NCBI GenBank assembly: GCA_034520665.1 | Contig: JAXHNJ010000002.1 | Location: forward strand, 480,660-544,659 | Direction of reading: 5' to 3' | Source: Patescibacteria group bacterium | Lineage (GTDB): Bacteria > Patescibacteriota > Patescibacteriia > JAXHNJ01 | DNA length: 64,000 bases | Part shown: piece after piece, positions 9,197 through 20,424 of the stretch | How the letters are laid out: each line of letters begins with the position of its first letter | How positions within the stretch are numbered: position 1 is the stretch's first letter | Notes under the pieces: model-generated | Told to the model about the DNA's origin: nothing | The model's input: the letters and a program-made list of their open reading frames with translations, nothing else | Database searches by the model: none | Position numbers and translations under genes: made by a program

Positions 9197-10450
9197 TTAT
9201 TTTATTTTTTTACTTTTTTCTTTCTTTGTCCTAGAGGATGATTTGCTTTTAGTGGATTTTTTTTCATCCTTTTTTCTTTTACTTTCTGTTTTTTCTTCTT
9301 TTTTCTCTTCCTCTTTTTTAGAAACCTTCTTTTTCTTCTGGTTTTTTTTCTTTGGTTTATCGCCAGCTGCTTTAAGAGAAAGACCGAGCCGGTGATTTTC
9401 CGGTTCAATAGAAAGTATTTTTAATTTATATTCTTCATTTTCTTTAACTACTTCAGAAGGATGGTTGATTTTCTTTTCTGATAATTCAGAAATATGAACT
9501 AATCCATGAATATCCTTATCTAGCTCGATAAAAGCGCCAAAAGGATTTATTTTTAATACTTTACCTTTAACAATATCACCAACTTTGTATTTTTCGACCA
9601 CTTCTTTCCAGGGGTCTTCTTCTAATTTTTTTATAGAAAGAGATATTTTTGTATCTTCAATACTAATAATTTTTGCTTTAATTTTATCGCTCACCTCAAA
9701 TTTATTTCTTGGATTTTCTATTCTTTGCCAGGCTAGTTCTGATATATGAATTAAGCCTTCTAAACCATCGCCGAATTCTATAAATATACCAAAGTCAACT
9801 ACGCCAGTTATTTTACCCTCTATTATATCGCCGACATTGTATTTTGATATTACTTTTTTTCTCTCTTTTTTCCAGGCTGCTTTTTCTGATAAAATGAGTT
9901 TGCTTTCTGATTCGTCAACATCAATAATTTTAGCTTTGATTTTTTGGCCGACAAACTCTTTTAGCTTATTTAATATTTTATTTTTATCACCGCCTTCAAC
10001 TCTTGGGTAGTGTTCAGGTATAAGTTGTGAAACAGGCATAAATCCCTCTATTTTTCCTACTTTAACCATTAAGCCGCCACGATTAGCGTCGGTAATGCTG
10101 GTATCAATTATTTCTTCTTTTTCCATCATTTTTTGAAGATTATTCCAAGCTTTTTGATGCCCAGCTGCCCGGAATGATAGCTCTATTTCCCCGTTTTCAT
10201 TTTCTAATTCAAGTACAGTGGCTTGTACTTTATCTCCGGACTTAACATCAGAAAATTCTCCTGATTCATCAATAATTTCTTTACCTCGAACCACTCCAGT
10301 AGCAATACCGTCAATATCTAAATAAACAGCGCCCCGGGAAATATATATTACCTTGGCTTTTATTAAATCACCAACCTTAGGTAGGATGGGTTGGTCTTCT
10401 TTTTGTAAAAGCTTCTCCATTTTAGAAGCTTTTTGGCTAGTGTCAGTCAT
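9197..10450 (-). CDS. rpsA: 30S ribosomal protein S1 (four S1 domains)
   Basis: Repeated FG.F.....GL.HISE motifs; Lys-rich tail. Confidence 0.9.
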   Translation of the reverse strand: MTDTSQKASKMEKLLQKEDQPILPKVGDLIKAKVIYISRGAVYLDIDGIATGVVRGKEIIDESGEFSDVKSGDKVQATVLELENENGEIELSFRAAGHQKAWNNLQKMMEKEEIIDTSITDANRGGLMVKVGKIEGFMPVSQLIPEHYPRVEGGDKNKILNKLKEFVGQKIKAKIIDVDESESKLILSEKAAWKKERKKVISKYNVGDIIEGKITGVVDFGIFIEFGDGLEGLIHISELAWQRIENPRNKFEVSDKIKAKIISIEDTKISLSIKKLEEDPWKEVVEKYKVGDIVKGKVLKINPFGAFIELDKDIHGLVHISELSEKKINHPSEVVKENEEYKLKILSIEPENHRLGLSLKAAGDKPKKKNQKKKKVSKKEEEKKEEKTESKRKKDEKKSTKSKSSSRTKKEKSKKIK

Positions 10451-10646
10451 ATTTGTTTTTTTTAACCAATCTCTGAAAGAGAGTTTAGTCCCTGTTTGTC
10501 CTTTATTAAAAAACAGGGTTATTTATTACTTAAGAGGACAAGTATAAGCATTATAAGGGAATATGCTATTTTTGACAAGGCTTATTAAGCTTATGTAAAA
10601 AAAATGATATAATAAAGGCAGGCAATAATATAATAAACTTAAATTT

Positions 10647-11423
10647 ATGGCTCAACGAATTAACATATCAAGAGCTAAAAAACATCTCTCGGGTCTGGTT
10701 ACCCGTGGGGGGCGAGGTATTGGTGATAAAAGATTTGGACAAATATTAAAATCAAATAAAAATATTAAGTCTAATCCAACTTTAAGAAAAGCAGCTGATG
10801 AAATCGCCCGAAATAAAAGTAAAAAATCTACGGTTAGCCGAAATACTTTTAAACGTTTAAGTAAGGCTATTGTTAAACACGGAAGAGAGGGATTTGAGGG
10901 CTCAGGAGTGAAAAGAGCGAGCTTATCAAAAAAAGGCCGTGAAGTAACTAAAGCACATAAATCATTTATTAAAAAAGTGGTTAATGAACAAAAAGAAGCA
11001 GAAAAACCACAAGGGCCGACTCCGCAAGAACTGGAAAAACAGAAAAAAAGAGAACAAGCTTTAAAAAACCTTAATATTTATCGCCAGCGTAAGGAAATTG
11101 AAAAAGAACAGGGGAGATTTAATCCCCGAAAAAGCGGACAAAGTTCAAATGAAGAAAAACAAGAAGAAAATAAAGAAAATACTATAGACCAGCCCTCTAG
11201 CGTTCCTCTTTCTTCTGGCGGCATACCACAGCCAAATGAAATTTCTACTGAAAATAGAGAATATTTTTCACCCGACACAAACGATGAAAATTTAGGAAAT
11301 ACAGATAAAAAATCCGATAAAATAAGTTCTTTAGAAGAAAAAAGGAAGAGCTTTTCGGATAGTGATGATGATTCAGATGAGAATCTGGAAGAACCACCAG
11401 ATGAAGGGCTTTTTGCTGCTTAA
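10647..11423 (+). CDS. Hypothetical protein, basic N-terminus and acidic disordered C-terminus
   Basis: 258-aa ORF with promoter-like TTGACA upstream. Confidence 0.7.
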   Translation: MAQRINISRAKKHLSGLVTRGGRGIGDKRFGQILKSNKNIKSNPTLRKAADEIARNKSKKSTVSRNTFKRLSKAIVKHGREGFEGSGVKRASLSKKGREVTKAHKSFIKKVVNEQKEAEKPQGPTPQELEKQKKREQALKNLNIYRQRKEIEKEQGRFNPRKSGQSSNEEKQEENKENTIDQPSSVPLSSGGIPQPNEISTENREYFSPDTNDENLGNTDKKSDKISSLEEKRKSFSDSDDDSDENLEEPPDEGLFAA

Positions 11424-11534
11424 TATTAAGCTAATATTAGTTTAATAATCAACTATGAAAATAGGGAATAAAAAGCTTTACTTTTCCCCTATATTTTGCT
11501 AAAATCAAGGGAGAAATCCTTATTTTTTTATATT

Positions 11535-12167
11535 ATGAAAATAAAATGGTATGGTCTTTCTTGCTTTAATGTGAAGACCAAAAAAGCAAATATTTTAATT
11601 GATCCCTTTAATTCAAAGGTGGGACTTAAACCGCCTCGTCTTAAAGTAGATTTACTTTTAATTAGCCGGGATGACAAGGAGCATAATAATAAAAAGTCAG
11701 CTACAGGTAAGCCTTATGTTATTGATTCTCCAGGAGAATATGAATTACACAATGTTTTCGTTTTTGGTATTAGAGGCTTTACAGATGAAAAGAAAAAAAG
11801 TAAGCAACCTTTGACTATGTTTTTAATTCAAAGTGAAGGAATAACTATTGGACATTTATCCAATATAAATTGTGTACCTTCAGAAAAATATCTTGAACGT
11901 CTGGAAAATGTGGATATTTTATTTGTACCGGTAGGAGGAAAAAATACTTTAGAAGCGGAGCAGGCTACTAAAATTATTTCAGAAATAGAGCCCAGAATTG
12001 TAGTGCCAATGTATTACAAAACACCAAAATTAAAAGTTGATCTAGAAAGTGCTGATAAATTTGTTCGTGAAATGGGATTAAAAGAAAGAGAAGTTATTGA
12101 CAGCTTAAATATTAAGAAAAAAGATTTACCTCAGGAAGAAACAAAAGTATTTTTACTAAAACCTTAA
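11535..12167 (+). CDS. MBL-fold metallo-hydrolase-like protein
   Basis: I.WYG.SCF, IDPF, PGEYE, DILFVPVGG, P..VVPM; canonical HxHxDH degenerate. Confidence 0.8.
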   Translation: MKIKWYGLSCFNVKTKKANILIDPFNSKVGLKPPRLKVDLLLISRDDKEHNNKKSATGKPYVIDSPGEYELHNVFVFGIRGFTDEKKKSKQPLTMFLIQSEGITIGHLSNINCVPSEKYLERLENVDILFVPVGGKNTLEAEQATKIISEIEPRIVVPMYYKTPKLKVDLESADKFVREMGLKEREVIDSLNIKKKDLPQEETKVFLLKP

Positions 12168-12179
12168 TATTTAAATGAA

Positions 12180-12566
12180 ATGCCTGAGAAAAAATCAGAA
12201 AAATTGAAAGTTAGAGTAACTAAAGACAAAAAAAAGAAAAAACCTAAAAAAAGTTTTATACCGCAAAAGAAAAAGAAAAAATCTAGAGAAAGTAATAATC
12301 AGAAGAACGAAAAAAAGAAGTTGATGATTATTGTTGGTGTGATAATGTTAGTAATATTTATTGTTTGGCTTTCTTTTTTAGGGACTAGCTTAGAAAGAGT
12401 AGAAAATCGAGGAAGATCTTTTTTTAGTAATGTCTTGAGTGGCTTAAAAAATGACTTTTCAGATATAAAAAAAGAATTCAATAATGCTAAGGATGATATT
12501 TCCGGGGCTTTGGATAAAACAAAAGAAGAGCAATTAGAAAATAATATTTTTCCAGAAACTAAATAA
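12180..12566 (+). CDS. Single-TM hypothetical protein
   Basis: Lys-rich N-terminus, one TM helix, co-oriented with gyrA. Confidence 0.65.
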   Translation: MPEKKSEKLKVRVTKDKKKKKPKKSFIPQKKKKKSRESNNQKNEKKKLMIIVGVIMLVIFIVWLSFLGTSLERVENRGRSFFSNVLSGLKNDFSDIKKEFNNAKDDISGALDKTKEEQLENNIFPETK

Positions 12567-12570
12567 AATT

Positions 12571-15135
12571 ATGCCAAGAAAAAAAAGCAAGAAAAAGTCC
12601 GCAAAAAATAAACCAGGCGGCCAAAAGAAAAAAACTAGTAAAAAAAATACTCAAAATAAGAAAAAGAAAAAAAGCCTCCCAGAAGAAAAGATTAATCAAA
12701 TCGGTAAATTAAAAGAACAGTCAATTGTTGAAGAGATGCAGACTTGTTATTTAGATTATGCTATGTCGGTTATTGTAGCCAGGGCCTTGCCAGATGTACG
12801 CGACGGTTTAAAACCGGTTCACCGCCGTATTTTATACGCTATGTGGAAAATCGGTTTACACGCTGGAGCAAAGTTTAGAAAATCAGCCACTGTGGTCGGT
12901 GAAGTTTTAGGTAAATATCATCCTCATGGTGATGTGGCTGTTTATGATACTTTAGTGCGTCTGGCCCAGCCTTTTTCTATGAGATATCCTTTGGTAAACG
13001 GCCAGGGTAATTTTGGTTCAATTGACGGAGATAATGCGGCTGCTATGCGTTATACAGAGTCAAAACTGCAGAAGATAGCGGGAAAAATGTTGGTTGACAT
13101 TGAAAAAGAAACAGTGGATTTTGTCCCTAATTATGACGGTACTCATAAAGAACCGGTAGTTTTACCGGCTAAGCTGCCTAATTTTTTATTAAATGGCACT
13201 ATTGGTATCGCCGTGGGTATGGCTACTAATGTACCACCGCATAATTTAACAGAAATAATTAATGCTACTATTCATCTTATTGAAAAGCCAAAAGCAGATG
13301 TAGAAGACTTAATGGAATTTGTTAAAGGACCGGATTTTCCCACTGGCGGTATTATTTATAACTTTGAAGATATTAAACAGACCTATGCGACTGGTAAGGG
13401 CGGAATTGTAGTCAGAGCCAAGGCTGAAATTGTTGAGGATAAAATAAATAAATTTAAAATAATAGTAACAGAAATCCCCTACCAAGTTAATAAATCTACT
13501 TTGTTGGAAAAAATAGCTGATTTAGTTAAGGACAAAAAGCTAGGGGGTATTAGCGATTTGCGTGATGAATCTGATAAAGACGGCATCCGTATTGTAATAG
13601 AGTTGAAAAAAGATGCTTATCCCAAAAAGGTTTTGAACCAACTTTTTAAACAAACTCAGCTTCAAACTAAGTTCCATGTTAATATGTTAGCCTTAGTTGA
13701 TCGGATACAACCGAGAGTGCTGAGCCTGAAAATGGTTTTAGAAGAGTATATTAAACATCGCCGAGAAATAGTAAAAAGACGAACTGAATATGAATTAAAG
13801 CAGGCCAAGGCACGAGCTCATATTTTAGAAGGTTTAAAAATTTGTCTGGCTAAAATTGACGCTGTTATTAAATTAATTAAAAAATCAAAAGACAAAGAAA
13901 AAGCGGCCAAAGCTCTGATTAAAAAGTATAAACTAACTGAAATTCAAGCTAATGCTATTTTAGAAATGAAACTGCAGCAATTATCCGGACTGGAAAGAAA
14001 AAAGATTCTGGACGAATTAAAAGAAAAGAAAAAATTAATTAAAGACTTAAAAGGTATTCTAACTTCCAAAAATAAAAAAATGAATATCATTAAGAAAGAA
14101 TTGGAAGAAGTTAAGGAAAAATATGGTGATGAGAGAAAAACTAAGGTTGTCTCCAGTGCTATTGATAAATTTAGCCAGGAAGATCTTATTCCTAAAGAAG
14201 CTATCATGGTTATGGCTACTCGTGACGGGTATATTAAAAGAATTGCTCCCACTTCTTTTAAAAAACAGAGCCGGGGCGGCAAAGGAGTAATTGGTTTGAC
14301 TACCAAAGAAAAGGATACAGTTTCAACATTTTTTTCCACTAATACTCACGCTGACCTCCTCTTCTTTACCAGTAAAGGAAAGGTTTTTCAGCTCAAAGCT
14401 TATGACTTACCAGTAGCCTCTCGCCAAGCTAAAGGTCAATCTATAGTTAATTTTTTACAACTAGATTCAACTGAAAAAGTATCATCTATTTTACCCTTGG
14501 ATGAATTACAAGGTTATAAATATTTAATGATGGCTACAAGAAAAGGAGTAATTAAAAAAGTTAATATTGAATCCTTTGCTAAAATACGACGTTCTGGTCT
14601 TATTGCTATTCGATTGAAAGAAAAAGACCAACTAGAGTGGGTCAAGCCTTCAACTGGCAAAGATGAAATAATTTTGGCCAGTGAAAAAGGCCAAGCTATA
14701 AGATTTAAAGAAAAAGATGTGCGTGCCATGGGCCGTTCAGCGGCTGGTGTTAGAGCTATTAAATTAAAAGAAGAAGATGAAGTTTCCGGCATGGATATGA
14801 TTAATCAAAAAAGTAAAGTTACTGATTTGCAGTTGATTACAGTTATGGGTAAGGGTTATGGCAAGCGTACTAATTTAAGCAGTTATAAAGTGCAAAGACG
14901 AGGTGGAGTGGGTATAAAAACATCTAAGGTAAGTGATAAAACCGGTAAAATTATTGCTGCTTTTATAGTTGATAAAAATTTGGAAAAAGAAGATTTGATT
15001 ATAGTCTCTGAAAAAGGGCAGGTTATTCGCCTGGCTTTAAAAGAAGTGCCAGCACTTAACCGAGCCACCCAAGGGGTTAAGTTAATGCGTTTTTCAGACC
15101 AAAGCGACCGGGTGGCTTCAGTTACTTTTATTTAA
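12571..15135 (+). CDS. gyrA: DNA gyrase subunit A
   Basis: [29 protein letters not shown], GyrA-box QSRGGKG. Confidence 0.97.
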   Translation: MPRKKSKKKSAKNKPGGQKKKTSKKNTQNKKKKKSLPEEKINQIGKLKEQSIVEEMQTCYLDYAMSVIVARALPDVRDGLKPVHRRILYAMWKIGLHAGAKFRKSATVVGEVLGKYHPHGDVAVYDTLVRLAQPFSMRYPLVNGQGNFGSIDGDNAAAMRYTESKLQKIAGKMLVDIEKETVDFVPNYDGTHKEPVVLPAKLPNFLLNGTIGIAVGMATNVPPHNLTEIINATIHLIEKPKADVEDLMEFVKGPDFPTGGIIYNFEDIKQTYATGKGGIVVRAKAEIVEDKINKFKIIVTEIPYQVNKSTLLEKIADLVKDKKLGGISDLRDESDKDGIRIVIELKKDAYPKKVLNQLFKQTQLQTKFHVNMLALVDRIQPRVLSLKMVLEEYIKHRREIVKRRTEYELKQAKARAHILEGLKICLAKIDAVIKLIKKSKDKEKAAKALIKKYKLTEIQANAILEMKLQQLSGLERKKILDELKEKKKLIKDLKGILTSKNKKMNIIKKELEEVKEKYGDERKTKVVSSAIDKFSQEDLIPKEAIMVMATRDGYIKRIAPTSFKKQSRGGKGVIGLTTKEKDTVSTFFSTNTHADLLFFTSKGKVFQLKAYDLPVASRQAKGQSIVNFLQLDSTEKVSSILPLDELQGYKYLMMATRKGVIKKVNIESFAKIRRSGLIAIRLKEKDQLEWVKPSTGKDEIILASEKGQAIRFKEKDVRAMGRSAAGVRAIKLKEEDEVSGMDMINQKSKVTDLQLITVMGKGYGKRTNLSSYKVQRRGGVGIKTSKVSDKTGKIIAAFIVDKNLEKEDLIIVSEKGQVIRLALKEVPALNRATQGVKLMRFSDQSDRVASVTFI

Positions 15136-15152
15136 TAAATAATTATAATAAT

Positions 15153-15377
15153 ATGTCTGTTCCGAAAAAAAGAAAATCAAAAAGTTCAGTTAGAAAAAAA
15201 AGAAGCCACCAGGCTTTAAAAAGCAAACAATTAATAGTTTGCTCACACTGTAATAAAAAGATTATGCCTCACCAAATTTGTCCTTACTGTGGCTATTATA
15301 AAGGCAAAGAGGTCATCAATATAAAGCTAAAAAAAGAAAGAAAAGAAAAAAGGAAGAAAAAAAGAGAATCTAAATAA
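15153..15377 (+). CDS. rpmF: 50S ribosomal protein L32
   Basis: MSVPKKRKS..., CxxC...CxxCGYY. Confidence 0.93.
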   Translation: MSVPKKRKSKSSVRKKRSHQALKSKQLIVCSHCNKKIMPHQICPYCGYYKGKEVINIKLKKERKEKRKKKRESK

Positions 15378-15393
15378 TTAATTATTTAGTTTT

Positions 15394-16593
15394 TTGAAAA
15401 ATTTATTGAAAGTTAATCAAAAAATACTCTATTTTTTACTTTTTTTTCTGACTTTGGCATTTTTACTGATAAATTTAGATAATTTTGCTGGTATTGATTA
15501 TAGTTACTGGTCCAAGCAGATATTTGGTTATTATAAGCAAATAAAGACCGGTCAGATTTTTCCTGCTTTTTTTCTTTCTCATCCGGCGGCTACAGTTTTA
15601 CATATTGGTAGTTTCTCAATTTTTATCCAGTCATGGTTCAAAAATGTAAAATTAGATCAAATATATCTGGCTATTAAAATTCCCTTTGTATTAATAGTCA
15701 GTTTTTTTATCCCCTTAATTTACTATTTATTAAAAAAAATAAATTTTTCTAAAAAAGTTAGTTTCTTAACTGCTTTATTAATTTCTCTGAATACTTTGAT
15801 TTGGCGTAGTAATCCGGCTGATATTCTTTTTGGTATTTTTTCAACTACCTCTATTTTAATTTTTATAATTTATCTTAAAGAAAAGAAGAATTCTTTTTTA
15901 TATTTATCGGCTTTTTTATGTGGTCTAAGTATTCTCAGTAGATTTAGTGGAGTTTTGATTTTACCGGTAATACTTTTTTTAATTATAGTTTTTAAGCATA
16001 GATATGACGTCAATTATAGAAATATTTTTAAAAAATTATTAATTTATATTCTAATAATTTTAATTATATTTTTAATTTTTTGGCCTAATTTATGGTTTTC
16101 GGGTATTGATCCCTTAATTAATAAGTGGCAGGGCAATCAAAATGCTCTGATAATCCAAACAAACCATACTAACAGCAAAGCTATCAATATTATAAATAAT
16201 TTCTGCGACACAATTGAAGCTTTGCCAGGCCTGGAACTTATTTTTTCTTCTTTATTTTTATTATTTTCTATAAACTTTTTTCTAAAAAAGAAAAGAACTG
16301 TCCAGGAATTTTTAAGCATAATTTTATTTATAATAGTTATATTTTTCTTTACGGCTGCTTTATTTATAAAACCAAAAATTTGGTCTATTCGTTATTCAAT
16401 ACCGGCTTTAATAATTCTTGATATTATTGTTAGTTATACAATATTTAGGGGCTATAAATGGTTAAAACAAAAAATGTCAAAAAAGATAGTAATTATTCCT
16501 TATATTTTAATAATTATTATTTTATATATTTTTTCTAACCTGGAAACTTTTATTCAATTCAAAGTATTTAGGTTTTTGTTGAAAATCTTTTAA
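15394..16593 (+). CDS. GT-C (ArnT/PMT-like, GT39-type) membrane glycosyltransferase
   Basis: Polytopic, HP motif, GL..LSRF, RY..P; very AT-rich; sits between rpmF and nusB. Confidence 0.65.
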   Translation: MKNLLKVNQKILYFLLFFLTLAFLLINLDNFAGIDYSYWSKQIFGYYKQIKTGQIFPAFFLSHPAATVLHIGSFSIFIQSWFKNVKLDQIYLAIKIPFVLIVSFFIPLIYYLLKKINFSKKVSFLTALLISLNTLIWRSNPADILFGIFSTTSILIFIIYLKEKKNSFLYLSAFLCGLSILSRFSGVLILPVILFLIIVFKHRYDVNYRNIFKKLLIYILIILIIFLIFWPNLWFSGIDPLINKWQGNQNALIIQTNHTNSKAINIINNFCDTIEALPGLELIFSSLFLLFSINFFLKKKRTVQEFLSIILFIIVIFFFTAALFIKPKIWSIRYSIPALIILDIIVSYTIFRGYKWLKQKMSKKIVIIPYILIIIILYIFSNLETFIQFKVFRFLLKIF

Positions 16594-16631
16594 AAATATT
16601 GTATTCTTTAAGTACTAAATAATATTTATTT

Positions 16632-17072
16632 ATGTCCAATCGACACTTATCCAGAACTATTGCCTTACAGACTTTATATGAATGGGATTTTAATGAAAAA
16701 GATGAGAAAAATTTACTGAAAAATTTAAAAACAAATGCCCATGAATTTGCGCCTGATTTTAATGATAAAGGTTTTTCTCAGTCAATAGTTAGGGAAGTAA
16801 TCAAAAAATCAGAGGAGATTGATAAGATTATTGAAAAATACGCTCCGGACTGGCCTATAGACCAAATAACCATAGTTGACCGGAATGTCTTGCGTATGGG
16901 TATTTATGAACTTAAATACAATCCTGAAATTCCGCCTAAAGTGGCTATAAATGAAGCTATTGAACTGGCCAAGGGTTTTGGTGGCCAATCCTCAGGCAAG
17001 TTTGTTAATGGGGTTTTAGGGGCTGTTTTTAGAGATATGAATAAAAGCCAAGACAGTAAAAATAAAAAATAG
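16632..17072 (+). CDS. nusB: Transcription antitermination factor NusB
   Basis: R...[28 protein letters not shown]. Confidence 0.96.
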   Translation: MSNRHLSRTIALQTLYEWDFNEKDEKNLLKNLKTNAHEFAPDFNDKGFSQSIVREVIKKSEEIDKIIEKYAPDWPIDQITIVDRNVLRMGIYELKYNPEIPPKVAINEAIELAKGFGGQSSGKFVNGVLGAVFRDMNKSQDSKNKK

Positions 17073-17765
17073 ATGAGAAATTTTGCCAAGCTTGAAAAAA
17101 AAATAGATTATAGATTTAAAAATAAAGAGCTTCTTAAACAGGCTCTTGTTCACCGCTCTTATCTTAATGAAAATCCAGACTTTCCTCTACCTCATAATGA
17201 ACGTCTGGAATTTTTAGGTGATGCGGTTATTGAATTAGTGGTCACTGTTTTTTTATTTAAAAATTATCCCAATCCTGAGGGAGATTTAACCAACTTTAGA
17301 GCTAGTTTAGTTAATACCAAAATGCTGGCCCAGAGAGCTCGGGAGCTTGATCTGGAAAAATATCTTTATTTAAGTAAGGGTGAAGCCAAAGACAAAAATC
17401 AAAAAGCCCGTCAGAGTATTTTAGCCAATACTTTTGAATCAATGGTCGGAGCTATTTATCTCGATCAGGGGTTTAAAAAGGCTAATAAATTTATTACCGA
17501 AAATTTATTACAAGAATTTCCTAATATCTTAAAGGAAAGATTATATATTGATGCTAAGAGCCGATTACAAGAAATTGTTCAGGATAAGGTGGGAGTGACC
17601 CCGGAATATAAAGTTTTAAAGGAATGGGGTCCGGATCATAGCCGAAAATTTAATATTGGCGTGTTTTTTGGTAAGGAATTAGTAGCTGAAGGAGTGGGCA
17701 GCTCGAAACAGGAGGGCCAGATGAAAGCCGCTGAAAAAGCTTTAATTAAAAAAGGATGGCAATAA
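17073..17765 (+). CDS. rnc: Ribonuclease III
   Basis: NERLEFLGDA signature, C-terminal dsRBD. Confidence 0.97.
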   Translation: MRNFAKLEKKIDYRFKNKELLKQALVHRSYLNENPDFPLPHNERLEFLGDAVIELVVTVFLFKNYPNPEGDLTNFRASLVNTKMLAQRARELDLEKYLYLSKGEAKDKNQKARQSILANTFESMVGAIYLDQGFKKANKFITENLLQEFPNILKERLYIDAKSRLQEIVQDKVGVTPEYKVLKEWGPDHSRKFNIGVFFGKELVAEGVGSSKQEGQMKAAEKALIKKGWQ

Positions 17766-17769
17766 GGAT

Positions 17770-18261
17770 ATGGACTATGGCCTGATCATAGTAACTATTA
17801 TTTGTTTGGCTATTATGCTGGCCGGTCTGATCAGTATAATTTTTCCCTTTTTACCGAGTATTCCTTTTATCTGGCTCGGTATTTTTTTATACGCTGTTGC
17901 TACTCATTTTGCTAAAGTAGACGAAAAATTTATTCTTATTATCACTATTATGCTTTTGGCAGTGATATTAATGGATTATATGACCGAGTTTTGGGGCCTG
18001 AAAAAATGGCGCTTTAGTTTTTGGGCTGTTTTCGGCGCGATTTTAGGGGGTATTATTGGTTCCTTTTTTAATCTAGTTTTAGGCTTGCTTCTAGGAGCCT
18101 TAGTCGGGGCTTTAATCGCTGAAGTACTTTCTGGCCAAGATATAACCTTTGCTATTAAAACCAAAAAATATACTATTATTTGTTATGTGGCTGGCACTAT
18201 TATTAAATTAGCCGTCGGGGTTTCTATGATTGGCATGTTTATTTATAAACTTATTCAATAG
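17770..18261 (+). CDS. DUF456-like membrane protein
   Basis: P.LP..P..W, Gly-rich TM helices. Confidence 0.75.
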   Translation: MDYGLIIVTIICLAIMLAGLISIIFPFLPSIPFIWLGIFLYAVATHFAKVDEKFILIITIMLLAVILMDYMTEFWGLKKWRFSFWAVFGAILGGIIGSFFNLVLGLLLGALVGALIAEVLSGQDITFAIKTKKYTIICYVAGTIIKLAVGVSMIGMFIYKLIQ

Positions 18262-18312
18262 TTTATAATTTTTACCAAAAAGAAACCCCCATTTTAATAA
18301 AAAAGGGGGTGT

Positions 18313-18528
18313 TTAGGTTATTAATATTTTATTAATTTTTTCTTTGAGGAGCTTCTCTATTCTCTGGCCAAAATTATTAAAAAGAATTAAACAGCCAGCC
18401 AAAATTTCCTTATCGGAATACCCCCTTTTTCTTAGTATTTGCTCACATTCAACCATAGGAATATCAGGTCGGTTTTCAGCCAGGCAACGAAGTTGATGGT
18501 AAACTTCTTCAGCACGGTTAATATTCAT
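18313..18528 (-). CDS. Small hypothetical protein
   Basis: GGAGGT RBS, TTGACA-17-TAATAT promoter (18564-18592), terminator at about 18283-18311. Confidence 0.65.
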   Translation of the reverse strand: MNINRAEEVYHQLRCLAENRPDIPMVECEQILRKRGYSDKEILAGCLILFNNFGQRIEKLLKEKINKILIT

Positions 18529-18644
18529 TAATTACCTCCATTTTAAAAAAAGAACAACAAGGTATATTAGTTTTTTAAATATTATTTGTCAAGTTTGTTA
18601 TTTCCTGATAAGATTACACACTTTGTACATTACATAAAAAAGAG

Positions 18645-18851
18645 GTGAAAATCATGAAATCTAAATTCAAAGAAAGGGTTAGTATTTGGAAAATTCTAAT
18701 CTGGGCTCGTTGGTTAGTTTTTAAAGAGACAGTTAAATACTGGTTTCGCTGGCTTAAAAGGAGGTTGTCTAGAAAGATTTGGACTTGGCAGTTAAAAGGT
18801 AAATTCAAAAAATCGGATAAAGATGACTACACTCATTATATTATTCGGTAG
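18645..18851 (+). CDS. Small Trp/Lys-rich hypothetical protein
   Basis: ORF directly upstream of pyrF; GAGGTG RBS precedes ATG 18654. Confidence 0.5.
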   Translation: MKIMKSKFKERVSIWKILIWARWLVFKETVKYWFRWLKRRLSRKIWTWQLKGKFKKSDKDDYTHYIIR

Positions 18852-18860
18852 AAAGGAAAA

Positions 18861-19565
18861 ATGAAAATGAATGAAGGAAGAATTATTTTGGCTTTAGATA
18901 ACAAGAACAGGGATGAAATAATGGATCTCGTTGAGAAATTAAAAAGCGTTGTCTATGGCTTTAAGTTTAACGATGCTCTGGATAAGGAGGCAAAAAAAGT
19001 AATAGGCTTTGTTCGGGAAAATGCTCCTGATTGTATTATTATGGCTGATCCTAAACTTCACGATATTCCGAATACAGTGGGTAACAGAGCGGCTAATTTT
19101 GAAGAAATGGGAGTAAACTGGCTGACAGTTCATGCTTCAGGTGGGATAAAGATGATGGAAAAAGCAGTTGAACGGGCGCCCACCGTTCGCATTTTAGGCG
19201 TTACCATTCTTACCTCGCTTTCCAATCAGGACTGTAATTTAACTTATGGTCTGCCAGCCATGGAAAAAGTTATTCAGTTTGCTCGCTGGTCTAAATCAGC
19301 CGGCTGTAGTGGAATAGTCTGTTCGGCAAAAGAATTGCTTTTTCTCGGAAAATATGATGATGAGTTTGATGACTTGATGAAAGTAGTTCCTGGTATCCGG
19401 CCAAAAGGGTATGGCCAGTCAGATGATCAAAAAAGAAAAATGACGCCTGGTGAAGCTATTAAAACCGGAGCTGACTATCTAGTTATTGGCCGGCCAATAA
19501 CTACCGCCGATGATCCGGTTGAAGCGGCTGAAAGAATTAACCGAGAAATTAAAGAAGCCCTGTAA
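18861..19565 (+). CDS. pyrF: Orotidine-5'-phosphate decarboxylase
   Basis: ALD, D.KLHDIPNT, TVHASGG, PGIRP, DDQ.R, VIGRPI. Confidence 0.95.
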   Translation: MKMNEGRIILALDNKNRDEIMDLVEKLKSVVYGFKFNDALDKEAKKVIGFVRENAPDCIIMADPKLHDIPNTVGNRAANFEEMGVNWLTVHASGGIKMMEKAVERAPTVRILGVTILTSLSNQDCNLTYGLPAMEKVIQFARWSKSAGCSGIVCSAKELLFLGKYDDEFDDLMKVVPGIRPKGYGQSDDQKRKMTPGEAIKTGADYLVIGRPITTADDPVEAAERINREIKEAL

Positions 19566-19598
19566 GTTATGCTGAAAGCTAAAAAGAGGTGAAAAGAT

Positions 19599-20342
19599 AT
19601 GTCAGATTTATCTTCAAAAGAAGTCTTGAAAATTTTTCAGGAATGCCAAGCACTGATAAATAATACTCATGTAGTATTAACCCGTAAACCCCATCCAGAA
19701 AAACCTGATAAATTAGCCTGGTTTCATTCTTCAGAGTATGTCAATAAAGACGCTTTATTTACCAATCCCCATGCTTTGATGAAATTATGCAAAGCCATTG
19801 CTGATTATTGGTGGGGGGAAGATGTAGAAGTTATAGCTTCTCCGGCCATAGGCGCTGTTTCTTTGGCTCTTCTTACAGCTTATTGGTATCGGCCTAATGA
19901 AACTATAGCGAAAGTAGGGCCGGTAATTCCAGTTTATGCGGAAAAAGAAGGGGATGTCTTTGTTTTCAAACGTGGCTTTGATAAATTTATTCCGGATAAA
20001 AGAGTGTTAGTGGTTGAAGATATTGCTTCTTCTGGTGGTTCAGCCAAGAGAGTAGTGGAAGCGGTTAGAAAACTAGGAGGAGAAGTTTTAGGTGTTAGTC
20101 TGCTTTGGAACCGCGGTAATATTACCGCTGAAGATCTTGGAGTGCCTCAACTTCATTCTCTTATTCAATCCAAAATACATATGTATTTAGCGGAGAAAGA
20201 TAATCAGTGCTCTCTTTGTCAGAAAAGAATTCCTATTAATAAGGAGGTCGGCAAGTGGCGGGAATTCTTAGAAGAGAAAGCCGAGGGGAATACCGATTTT
20301 GCTACTTGGTGTATCTCCCAACTGGATCAAGCTCTTTTTTGA
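19599..20342 (+). CDS. pyrE: Orotate phosphoribosyltransferase-like protein
   Basis: VLVVEDIASSGGS PRPP motif, adjacent to pyrF. Confidence 0.8.
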   Translation: MSDLSSKEVLKIFQECQALINNTHVVLTRKPHPEKPDKLAWFHSSEYVNKDALFTNPHALMKLCKAIADYWWGEDVEVIASPAIGAVSLALLTAYWYRPNETIAKVGPVIPVYAEKEGDVFVFKRGFDKFIPDKRVLVVEDIASSGGSAKRVVEAVRKLGGEVLGVSLLWNRGNITAEDLGVPQLHSLIQSKIHMYLAEKDNQCSLCQKRIPINKEVGKWREFLEEKAEGNTDFATWCISQLDQALF

Positions 20343-20350
20343 TTCTTATA

Positions 20351-20376
20351 ACCCCTCAATCACGAGGGGTTTTTTT
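20351..20376 (+). terminator. Intrinsic terminator
   Basis: acccctc/gaggggt plus T-run. Confidence 0.75.
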
Positions 20377-20424
20377 ATTGTGAAAAAAGTCAATAAATTG
20401 TAAACTAATATAAAAGAAGTCTTT

